Assembly (NCBI RefSeq): GCF_902652985.1
Contig: NC_047020.1
Span: 43,586,001-43,650,000 of the forward strand
Reading direction: 5' to 3'
DNA length: 64,000 nt
Origin: Pecten maximus
Taxonomy: Eukaryota
Every line of letters starts with the position of its first letter. Position 1 is the stretch's first letter. The notes below the pieces were generated by a model. It had not been told where the DNA came from. It did not search any database and saw only the letters and a program-made list of their open reading frames with translations. The translations under genes were made by a program, and so were the position numbers. Positions 15,201 to 26,700 of this stretch are shown here, piece after piece.

Positions 15201-15293
15201 GGTGACGACATGTCTGATTTTTCTGAACTCTTCTTCTAGATTGTTTTGCCACACATCCTTGATACCATACTCTGTTTGTGCTATTGATGGCAT
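9243..15293 (-). CDS. CNOT7: CCR4-NOT deadenylase subunit CAF1 (CNOT7/8 family), 300 aa; coding exons (minus) 15293-15180, 14398-14205, 12770-12609, 12300-12123, 10800-10723, 9419-9243
   Basis: Spliced translation gives VAM|[90 protein letters not shown] and KYCGHLYGLG, all hallmark CAF1 DEDD motifs. All introns are GT-AG, phases are consistent, and the total is 903 nt ending in TAG at 9245-9243. The ATG exon has an acceptor at 15385-15384, so a non-coding first exon exists (candidate donor GTAGGT at 17540). Confidence 0.96.
10330..10552. mobile_element. MITE, PIF/Harbinger-like
   Basis: Terminal inverted repeats GGCCCAGTTGTTCAAAA...TTTTGAACAACTGGACC, with CTG on both sides (3-bp TSD-like). 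Confidence 0.7.
11417..11583. mobile_element. MITE, Tc1/mariner-pogo type
   Basis: TIRs CAGTCAAACCTG...CAGGTTTGACTG followed by TA; internal GTGGTC repeats. Confidence 0.7.
13056..13396. mobile_element. Non-autonomous TIR DNA element
   Basis: TIRs CAGGGATTTCCCTACAA...TTGTAGGAAAATCCCTG with direct repeat CTAAAC on both sides; related copy at ~54627-55008. Confidence 0.65.
15071..15208 (-). repeat. 45-bp x3 tandem repeat spanning the CNOT7 first-coding-exon 3' end and splice donor
   Basis: Unit GTTGTCACCAAATACAGATATGTCGCAATG|GTAAAAATAAGACTA; donors at 15179, 15134 and 15089. Confidence 0.95.
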
Positions 15294-17540
15294 GCTCGCA
15301 GCATATCTGGCAACACAACCAAGCCCTCAGACAGCCCTTTTCTTGATACCAGCTGCAGTCTAATCTACTGTTGATGTTGTGTCCTGGAACAAAAATTTAC
15401 ATAATTGTATATTTAGTCACCAGAAAGTGCTGAAAATAACATGCATGTAAATTTGCAGACCTAGCACCTGTTGTAATATATTGACCCAAGGATGAGAAGA
15501 CATCAAACTTGTCTCTTACAATACAAAGTCCAGGAACTAAAATTGACTGGACACAGGTTCTATTTGAAAACTGCATGAGGTTCATTTCACATGGCAAATC
15601 AGTAGTTTATAATTCTTAACAATGTCACTATACTCACTAATCATCTGATTTGAAGATGAATTTCACTTGAGCAGGAACAAACAAAGGCGACTACATTACA
15701 TTATTCACTAGAACAACCAATTCTAAAAAATTTGTGTAACTCCATTATCGCATTTGACCTCTTTAACTTTTGAAAGTACATTAAGGTCATTCATTTGAAC
15801 ATCTTTTATCCCCCCAGGAAACTGGCTCAATATCTTTGACTCTGGGTCTCTTGGTTGATGAGAAGAAGCTGTTTAAAGATTTTAACACATTTGACCCGAG
15901 ACCTTGAAAGTAGGTCAAGTCATTCATTTGAACAAATTCTGGTTAATTTAAGTAGAGTACTGCAAGAACATGTTCCAAGTAATTCTCACCCAAATGAAGA
16001 GAACATGACTCAGAAAAACAAGACTTCATCATATGGCCTGTTCATTTATGCAGACAAACTGGTTCATCCGTTTCCAAATGTAACATTTATGGCATATATC
16101 TTTATGATTCTGCAAATTCAGGCTATGAAAATCCTTTTCAAGGCTTTTCTGAAAACAATTTGATCACCAGGTCCCTCCTTATATCATAAACAAAAAAACT
16201 TTGATCTAACCAATCATAAACCAAAATGACCACGACTGTGCATGGATGGTCATCTTCATTCTTCAATAATACTTAATGTGTAGCGTGAAATTTTATTCTG
16301 GGAATAGGTTCTGGGTCAATGTACTTTGTGTTTGGGGGAACGTTTCACTCCATGTACGATAATCATGTGTCCGAAATATATAATCTTGCCAAATGATGTC
16401 TGATATTTTTCTTCTCTCAACCCAAACCGGAAGTTTATCAACCACTAAACCAGATAGAAATCTTCAGTATTCAGGTTATTACAATATTTTTTGCAAAACA
16501 ACATATAGAAGAGATCAATTGGAGTATAACATGTTAGGAAAAATTGAATTATATCACAAACAGCGTTTGTTTTTATCTTATAACTATTAACAATGACCAC
16601 TTGAACAATATGCCTTCAGTCCTTTTGCTTTGTCTTATATTACTCGTTGCAAAAGACCAGTACATTGGCTCATTGAAGCCATATAGATGAGAGCATTAAA
16701 ATGAAACAGTACAAAACACAAGTATTTTCAAATGAACTACATGCAATCTATTCAGAATTTGAATTATTATTTAACATTTATACTGATTCGTAACTATACA
16801 ACCAATTTATAAATAATCTTTGAAACAGCCTTTCTTAGAAAATCAGGGCTTAAATGAATAAGCATTTCATTGTGGTCATTTGCAGGCATTGCCCATTTCA
16901 TTATTGCTCTCCGCTTTTACACAAACATCCAGTTATGAAGCCAAGCAATCGCTTTGAATCAAATAAGATAATCAACTCTCATGACCACGAGTTACTCAAA
17001 GATTTTTTTAAAACAGTAAGCATCCCGACAGCTGTACATTTTAATATCTTTACCAACCACAAATTTGACCCTGTGAAGCTAAAATTCTGTTAGATGCATA
17101 CATGACAGTCAATGTTTACTATTCCGTATATTCATAGCACATTGATCAGTCTGTTATGCAGTGAAATTAATATAAATCCCTGTGACACCATAACTAATGC
17201 GTCTGTCTTCTTTGACGGCGTCCAGGATAGTACAGCAAATATTCATCAAAACTGCTATGTAAGCCATCTAATTTTACTGCTCCCTTTGTGTCGTTTAAGT
17301 AAACATTAAATGCTTCGACTGCTATATAGATAAAAGTAATAAGTTACATCTGCATAAATGGCTAAAATCTTATTGACCGAAAGAGGTTCTGAAAGCTGTG
17401 CGATTATATTTTTACAACTTCGTAATATCATGAGTGTCGCGTGCGTCCATTAGAAAGTGTGCTCCAGTTACACTGAAAGGAAGAAAGACATGAAAGAAAC
17501 AAAATACTTTCAAACTATGGAATTATTTCAAAATACCTAC

Positions 17541-17710
17541 CACAACTAAACTAAATTAATAAGCATGAAGAACTGTTTTTTATGAGGGCTACATGTCTTT
17601 GTGATATTCTTGACCGCGATCGCCGACTGCGCATCTGAACAGGAAGTTAATTTCAGCCCAATAATCGATGACGTAGAGCGACTTCCGGATAATAATATCA
17701 CATAACGAAA
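17541..17710. promoter_or_regulatory. Compact bidirectional promoter region for CNOT7/VPS37A
   Basis: Locally CpG-rich. Opposed ETS-type cores CAGGAAGT (~17640) and ACTTCCGG (17681-17688) and a TGACGT (~17668) lie between a candidate CNOT7 non-coding exon-1 donor and the VPS37A ATG. Confidence 0.6.
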
Positions 17711-20700
17711 ATGAACTGGTTTGGCAGTAAACCTAAAACGAATGTTCCGTCACAGACTAATCTACAGGCTCACAGAGCAAAACAAATTGATTCCTTAAAA
17801 AAGAACAACTTAAGGTAAGTATTTTTTGTCAACATGATGTAATTTCGTGTCAATTCAATCTTTTTACTGTAAAATATATCCAGTATCAAGTTTATGTTAG
17901 AAGGAAAGAAAATGTACCAATTGTCTATTTTTAGTTATTACGATATACGTATAGTCGTATATCCAACTTAATAACACGTGGATAAATATATACTGATATA
18001 TATAAATATAGCATATGCAACACTTGTAAAGAGCAAGACTTTTATAGAAGGTTTTGACACATACATTTGAGGTTGTAAATCTTGTTGATAATTATAAGTG
18101 ACCAACTATCTTTCTGTTCATTAGCTGTTTTGATTTGCTAACGTTATGCTGACTACAGTTTTGTGGTTGGCATACATTTTCCTAATGAATATGTTACCCT
18201 GGTAAATACTGCCTGCAATATATATACTGTTCGGCTAGAGAGATCTTCACTTCAGCTTTGTGGTAAAATAAGGCAGCGTTAGACCCTCATGGTAAAATTA
18301 GGCAGCGTTAGGCCCTCGTGGTAAAATTGGGCAGTGTTAGGTGCTCGTAGAAAAATTAGGCAGCGTCAAAGCCCTCGAGCCTAACGTCTGGACGTTTGGC
18401 TCAATGGTTAGAATGCTCGCCTACCTAGCAGGAGGTCCCGGGTTTGATTCCCGGTCCGATCACAACAATGGTGTCTTAGACAAACAGATTTGTCCGCCCC
18501 ATCTGGTCATGACTTTCCTTGCCCTATGCATGGATCCCTGTCAGAAATCACATGCGGTAGCTACCGTAAGTCCAAACGGGTATTATCTCAGAAAGATAAA
18601 AAGGACCTCAAAATTAGGATGGGGAGCTCGAGGAATGTGGAAAAATTAGGAAGCGTTAGGGCCCTCGAGTCTAACGTCCGGACTTTTGGGTCGATGGTTA
18701 AAACACTCGCCTATCAAGCGGGAGGTCCCGGGTTTGATTCCCGGTCCAGTCACAACAGCTTGATGGGTTACGTGTAAGTGTAAGGCAAGTAAGTCAGAGG
18801 TCCTGAGTTCAATCCTAAGCAGAGGCAGTATTTTATATTTAATTTATCATGCGGTCTGTTACAAATATACATATTGAAAATTTCTATTCCATGGATTTGT
18901 CGAATTGTACATTTTTTAAGTACTTATATATTAGTAATACATACTACCTGAAGTTTGCACACAAGTCACATAGGGGCATGATTTGATGGGTTGATCAAGC
19001 AATATGATCATAATGCATATAATGTTATTCAAAATTATCTTAATTTCAGCCCAATAGAATCTATACCAAACACAGAATACAGAGTAACATGTCAATGTGG
19101 AGGAAACAACATCATCCTTATAATGTAAGTACATGACTGTTAAAACTTTTACAAATTAATGCTTATAATTAATAAGTGGAGATGGTCTACACAATGTTAA
19201 ATTGACTAAGTGGTTAGATTTTGATCTTTTTCTCCAGGCATTTGCATTTATACAACTGTACCTGGAATTAGACTAGTTGTTTGAAAAAAAAAATGTAAGC
19301 ATAATTATTTCACCTGTGTAATTTCATTGTTTACACTTTTCCAATATTCACTCTTACACTTATTCTGATCAATACGAGTGTTGGGTCGTATATTAAAAAA
19401 AAAGGTTTCTTTTTTAAGTTTTGAATTTTCAGAAATTGTTTGTACTAATTTCCAAATCTCATCCTGAACAGAAAATGCATAGTTTTTACTTCCAAATGTT
19501 TTTAAATTCTTTTTATCAGTTATGAAATGGCAATCTGATCATTGAATGAATTCTCAGTACCATATTATATGTATATATATATATCTGTAGATTCTCTGAA
19601 GTTTCTTATAAAACTGTTATATTGTATACCAGAATATGTTTTCAGTCTTAACTATTATATTAATGACCAGGTAATACCTTCTATTTATACTACAGATCCC
19701 TGCCCCCACAGTTCCCACAGGACCCACCTACAGTGACCATCACTCCCCCTGTGGTTCATCCCTGGGTAGACCCAACTCAGAAGATCGTTGGCTGTCAAAA
19801 TCTTAACTCTGTAAGTAATATTTCTTCAGGACATCTGGAAACATAGCTGTTATCCGCGAGTCACCTCTTACTTAAACGTACGTCTAAACATGTAATTACA
19901 ATACAATAATGTATGCCTGTCTATGTGGACTTGTTGTGCTTTAGAATTGCACTGATTTCCTGGCCAACCTGGCATCCTGAAGAGTGAAATCAACTTACTT
20001 TTCCTTCAAAACACTACTAGTAATGAATGGCTGAAAATATTTTGATTAAATTTGATTTGGGGCCCAGTCTTATAATATAAAGATAAAATCTTGTATATTA
20101 CTAAATGTTTGTTGGTATGAGAATCTGTATTGTACATCAGACAGAAAATTATTTTTATCAACTAGGAATATTTTCTAAGATTTATTAAGAAACTTTCAAT
20201 TTGATAAATAATGACTTTCATCTTTCAGTTTTCCATGCACTCCAGTCTTGGCCATGCAATACAGTCTGTCGTGGAAGAGTTCAAGAAAAATCCACCCCAG
20301 ATACGATCACAGCCTTAGTAAGTGAACCAGAAGAAAAAATTTGGTAACATCGGTACTAAACATGAATCTTCATTAGTGGTTAACAACATGAATATTCATT
20401 ATTGTTTATTAAAATAGATTAATATCCATTTATATTTGTCAACATGAATATTCATTAATAAGCATTTAGCTATGTCATTTAATATGATATGCTTGTTTCC
20501 CTCTGACTTTAAGAAAGATAGCTACAGCCAATGATTTATCAGATGTACTCTCATTGAAATTAATTTAATTTCACAGATCTCACTGTCTTCATCTGATGAA
20601 GTGTGTATGATTGATTTTGTGCAATAAGAATTTCTAACGTTTTCCTCGAACCACCTTGGATAAAAGTTAAATGCAGTAGAAAGTTGTATCTAGGAAAACT

Positions 20701-23700
20701 TTTCAGATCTAGTCTAATAATAGTTAAACTACTGAACCATTTAAATAATATGGGGATCTCTACTTCATCACTAGATCTGACACTGTGGTTTTTGTTACAG
20801 TGGACCTCAACTTGGATACCCACCAGTTCCACCTCCAAACGCCCAGTTTTCTGGATTCAACCCCGGGGGGATGGCAGCAGGGTATCCGTCGCCTCCCACC
20901 CTACCTCCCTCCATTCCTGGGGGTAGCAGGGTATCACCAGTACTAGACAGTAGACGTCAGGTACAGTATACATAAAAATTAATTCCGATTCATTAATGAT
21001 CATATTCTTATTCTTGAATTTTGTGTTGTACCCAATAAAACAGTGTACTGAGACTCACAATAACAGGGTTTGCGTTGAAGCCGTCCCAATAGCCTTTTAA
21101 GCATAAAAAATTAAAAATACTCCATTTTTTCTGGAAGATGATTCAAATTATTCGTAAGGGCCCCATTTTATCTGAAAAGGACCCCATTTATGAAATGTCC
21201 AGTGCAAACCCCGAATAAACTCTTGTATATCAAGTGTAGTTCAGATGTGCTGCAACATCATCTTTACACATCAAATTCACATATCACAGCCAGAAGAAAT
21301 TTTGTTATTCTTCTACCCAGTTATCTACTACACCATATGATTAAAGCAGAATGTACACATGTCTAAGAAGTGAAGCTCTCAAAATGAAGACCAAGGTCTA
21401 AAATTTTCCCCTGTGAACATGTTACGCTAAAAACATAATTTATTTGTATCTGCTAACCTGCCAGGAAAAATAGGGTAGGTGGGATGGGAAATCTTTTTAT
21501 TCTTTGAATTATTTTTATTAAGGTTATAAAAATAGGGAATCTTGACTTTTAAAGTCCTTCCTTTGAAATGGCCAAAAAAACTTGATGGTATACACAAAAA
21601 TATAGAGGAAGTGGGGTTAGCGGAAACAGTTTTTTTTTTTTTTTTTACCTTCTTAAAGATTGAAATGTCATCATTAAAGACGAAGTGAAATTAGAAGTGG
21701 TGCAACTGATCTTTGATCTGTTTAGACCACTAAACTACAATATTTTATTCTGCTTATCACATATTATTGAAAATATATCTGTGGTATCAAAACAATGTGA
21801 CAAATAAGATAGTGAGCATTATATGAAGTTTTAACTGTATTACTTTAATACTCTTTAGGCTGAACAATCAGAAAGCACTGTGACACAAAATGGAGGCATC
21901 CCCAATGTAAAAGTCGCCTTTCCAGAGCTGAAGAAAAAAAGGTAATGAAACAACTATCATCTGTCTGGGTAAAATGTGGAAGGGTATAGGGTTTTTAGCC
22001 CCAGGATTTCTGATCTCTGTGGAGTTGTCTCCCTTTTTCCTAAACTATCCGTTCTTGAAGTCCATCAATAAGATGATATGATTTCTGTGTGAAGTGTTTC
22101 CGAAGATTTTCAACTCATCTGGACACATATATGGTACAGTAGAAAGCACAAGTCTGATCTTTCAGTTACTTAAATTTCTGCTATTTCCCCCACACAACAA
22201 GCTTTAATACCTGTTGTTACTGCTGTGTAAGAATTGTACCTAAAGAATTTTACCAGCTGCCTCCATTCCATGATCCATGAAAGCAAACTAAATTTGAAAT
22301 ATTTTTCTTCTTCGGTATGCCTCCCTTGATACTGCCTATCTTTTAGACTTTAGTTGATCGTTCACCCTGTGAGGAAGGGTTTTGGTTCTGTCCCGCGGCC
22401 GAGACATACAAGAGTCTTTAAAAATAGTTATCACTACTCCTGCTTGACACTCAGCATTTTTGGAGTGGGATACCTGGTTTTGCCCTTATCAGTATAATGT
22501 GTCCGGGTGGTGTGTCCTGCTGGATGTCTTTGGCAATATGCTTCAGTGAGGTAGCACTATAAAGTCAGCATCTAGACCAGCCTCCCAAAACATAAATGAT
22601 GTCTTTAGCCAAGTGTTCTATTGCGACTAGCAGTTACCAGGGTTACATATGTTTTACTTTCGAAGGAACTGCAGTGTCAATATTATCCTCGATATTCCAG
22701 GGGTTACGACCACTTTCATTCTCTACAACCCTGGAATCTGTCCATCCTTGACACTCCGGGGGTAACAACCACTTTCATTCTCTACAACCCTGGAATTCAT
22801 TCTCTACAACCCTGGAATCTGTCTATCCTCGATACTCCAGGGGTTACAACCAATTTCATTCTCTACAACCCTGGAATCTGTCCATCCTCAATACTCCAGG
22901 GGTGACGACCACTTTCATTCTCTACAACCCTGGAATCTGTCCATCCTCAATACTCCAGGGGTGACGACCACTTTCATTCTCTAGAACCCTGGAATCTGTC
23001 CATCCTCGATACTCCAGGGGTTACAACCACTTTCCTTCTCTACAACCCTGGAATCTGTCCATCCTCGATACTCCGGGGGTAACGACCACTTTCATTCTCT
23101 ACAACCCTGGAATCTGTCCATCCTCGATACTCCAGGGGTTACAACCACTTTCCTTCTCTACAACCCTGGAATCTGTCCATCCTCGATACTCCGGGGGTAA
23201 TGACCACTTTCATTCTCTAGAACCCTGGAATCTGTCCATCCTCGATACTCCAGGGGTTACAACCACTTTCCTTCTCTACAACCCTGGAATCTGTCCATCC
23301 TCGATACTCCTGAGGGTAACGACCACTTTCATTCTCTACAACCCTGGAATCTGTCCATCATCGATAATGGATTATGTCCACATTAACTCTCTGCGCCCAT
23401 AGAATTTATCATTTGAATGATTACCCAAGAAATAAGCAAAAATATCATCCCCACAAAAATAACAGGTTGTACAGTATCACAATTGAAGTGTACTCCGTAG
23501 TTATGCTGAAAAAATTCTAATTGAAAAGTTTATGTAAGATATATAGCGGACGGAGAGTATTGAATGATGTATTAATGGTTAGGATCTATTTGATATTAAA
23601 TATGAACATATGTCCGATTGTTGTATTTTCCAGCCTGTCTGAGCTCAACTCTATATTGCATGAGGAAGAAAAAGTTCTCGAGATGATTCAGAACCTACCA

Positions 23701-26700
23701 GACGTGGCCAAACTAGCCGAGGACAGGGAAAAGCTTTCAAACGAATGTATAGGCTTAGCAAGTAGGTATCTTTACAAGATGTCTTCAAACTCACAGGAGA
23801 CAGAGAAAAGTTGTTGAACGCATACATGTATATGTATAGATGTAGGTAGTGGTGTAGTGCTGATCGGTTGAAGTCGATTAACTAAACGGAAAGGCCTTCT
23901 GATTCTGATCATCGATGGTAAAATTTATAATCGATTAATCGGCTGGAGATTGTTCTCTTATATATCAGGAGAAATTGACACAAATGTCACTGTCAATGGT
24001 CATACATATCAGTGACGATAATCCATTTTGGTGTTTTAGCCTATTATACATCACTAGATGTAGAAGGTAGGTATTTTTACACGATGTCTTGAAACTAACA
24101 GAGGACAAAAGAAACTTCCAAACGAATGTACAGTGGTCCCCCTATTTACGACCACTCTCAAGAACGACCACTCCCTGTATGCGACCAAGTTTCGCGTTCA
24201 CCGACGTTTTCCAACGATAAATTACCCCTTCTTAACGACCACCCCGCTAACCCGACCAACGACCGCTTAATCATGTCCAAAAACGTGAAATGTACGTTGG
24301 TATCCCTCTCGTGAACGACCAAGATTTTTGCAACATTTCATTAAGACATTCAAATTATAGAATAATCAATAATAAAAACGTGTAACGTCCAGCTCATTGA
24401 AATTCATGGACCCAGGTAAAATTTGACACATTGGATTGACAAGTTGTTTACACTGCGATAGCCAGCTAGTGAGCTGTTTTGTCCACCGATGTTTTTACAA
24501 ACAAGATAATTACTCCTACCTTTTGTAGACAAATGGTTTGTTGTGATGATTACAGTGTTTTTGTTTGGCCTGTTTTACCCCTGAATATCAGCTGTTTCCC
24601 CTAGGCAAAAAATTTTGTATTTTCCCAAAATTTCAATGAAGTTTCCCAATTATTAAAGCTGGAAAAAAAAATTTGAAATTTTCTTTTACCTATTCTGACA
24701 TTTTGTAAATGATATATAACATCGTGATTTCCGAAGCCATGAAGTATTTTCCTAACCTAGCTAATATGAACGTTATCACTTTCAAACATGTAACATCATC
24801 ACGTAGGCCTAGAGGCGTGCGATCTTTGTTGTTTTAGATCTTGATCATTAAAACGATGTAATAGATGTCATTGATTTTAAGCACTCAAATGATGCAGACA
24901 TCGTAAAACCAAATACATGTACTACACAAATGAACATGAAGGTCTGGTTAGAATAAGTGATACATTAATTAGGATACTGATAGTAATTATCCAAATCATT
25001 TCTTTATATACATGTAAATTCTACTAAAAAAATATGTGTACATACAACAGCCCTGTGCGGGGCTTGCTACATTGTCGGCTGTAGACTGTCAGGGATCAAG
25101 ACAGGATTTGGGGAAGTATACCCTTTTTACTGTGGTGGGGAAAAATAGGAGGCCGAAGGACTTCATAAGCCAGGGGGAGAGCACGAGAGGGGGGTGGAGC
25201 ATTTTTGGAAAATTTTGCATTCTTAGATGCAAGGAGATGGCTTTTCAGCACTTTTAAGTGATCCAAACCTTCAAAATTTATATATATATATATAAAGGGG
25301 AGTTTTAAAAATAAATTCAGAGGTTAGGAGGTCATGAGAAGGGGACTTTTTAATGTGATTTGGGGAACTTTTAACAAGCTTTTTGGGGAATTTTAGGGGA
25401 AAGGAGAATTTATATCTCTAGGGGAAATTTACCGATAAACGGTAAAAAAATATGGCTGGATTGATCCCTGACTGAGTAGAGTATATGAGGGATTTCTTGT
25501 ACTCTGACAGAGTGCAGTGCATGCAGGGTATGAATACTCATTCTTACCGGGATTTGACACCTGAACAAGGAGCTTTTGTTGACTGATTAAGAGGAACTTG
25601 TTGATCTTTTCAAAGGATTAAAACAACGAATTCAGAACTTCAATAGCAACAAGTCATATCTCACCATGCTGGCATATTATGGGCACAAGATGATTATAAA
25701 CAACTTACAATGTGTTTTTTTTTTGTAGGAAGTGATGTTTACTTTAATTATGCTGAAAACATGGTGAACTATATATTAATAAATTTATTTGACAAAATCA
25801 GTACTTTATTTTTGCAATTTGGTATTTTCCCAAATTTCTCAAAATGTCGATGAATTTTCCCAACTCAAAAGCCCAACTCAAAAGCCACGGGAGGCTGAAA
25901 AATAATGGGAACAAAAACACTGGATTATGTCCACATTAACTCTCTGCGCCCATAGAATTTATCATTTGAATGATTACCCAAGAAATAAGCGAAAATATCA
26001 TCCCCACAAAAATATCAGGTTGTACAGTATCACAATTGAAGTGTACTCCGTAGTTATGCTGAAAAAATTCTAATTGAAAAGTTTATGTAAGATATATAGC
26101 GGACGGAGAGTATTGAATGATGTATTAATGGTTAGGATCTATTTGATATTAAATATGAACATATGTCCGATTGTTGTATTTTCCAGCCTGTCTGAGCTCA
26201 ACTCTATATTGCATGAGGAAGAAAAAGTTCTCGAGATGATTCAGAACCTACCAGACGTGGCCAAACTAGCCGAGGACAGGGAAAAGCTTTCAAACGAATG
26301 TATAGGCTTAGCAAGTAGGTATCTTTGCAAGATGTCTTCAAACTCACAGGAGACAGAGAAAAGTTGTCAAATGAACGCATATATGTATAGATGTAGGTAG
26401 TGGTGTAGTGCTGATCGGTAGGAGTCGATTAACTAAACGGAAAGGCCTTCCGATTCTGATCATCGATGGTAAAATTTATAATCGATTAATCGGCGGGAGA
26501 TTGTTCTCTGTTATATATCAGGAGAAATTGACACAAATGTCACTGTCAATGGTCATACATATCAGTGACGATCATCCATTTTGGTGTTTTAGCCTATTAT
26601 ACATCACTAGATGTAGAAGGTAGGTATTTTTACACGATGTCTTGAAACTAACAGAGGACAAAAGAAACTTCCAAACGAATGTATAAGTCTTGAAGTAGGT

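Larger units (their letters stand above)
23368..26683 (+). repeat. ~763-bp direct segmental duplication (23368-24130 and 25921-26683) separated by ~1.8 kb of TE-derived DNA
   Basis: Base-by-base near identity with scattered SNPs and indels in the intronic parts; the exon is identical. Confidence 0.95.

Noticed and set aside
18390-18755. Possible tRNA genes (also ~940-1000 and 34790-34865)
   Set aside because: A/B boxes are present but I could not form a complete cloverleaf with acceptor stem; they are embedded in mobile elements. tRNAscan-SE would settle it.
23521-26400. Two near-identical 98/108-aa ORFs as paralogous small genes
   Set aside because: They are the duplicated VPS37A exon 7 plus read-through into flanking intron.
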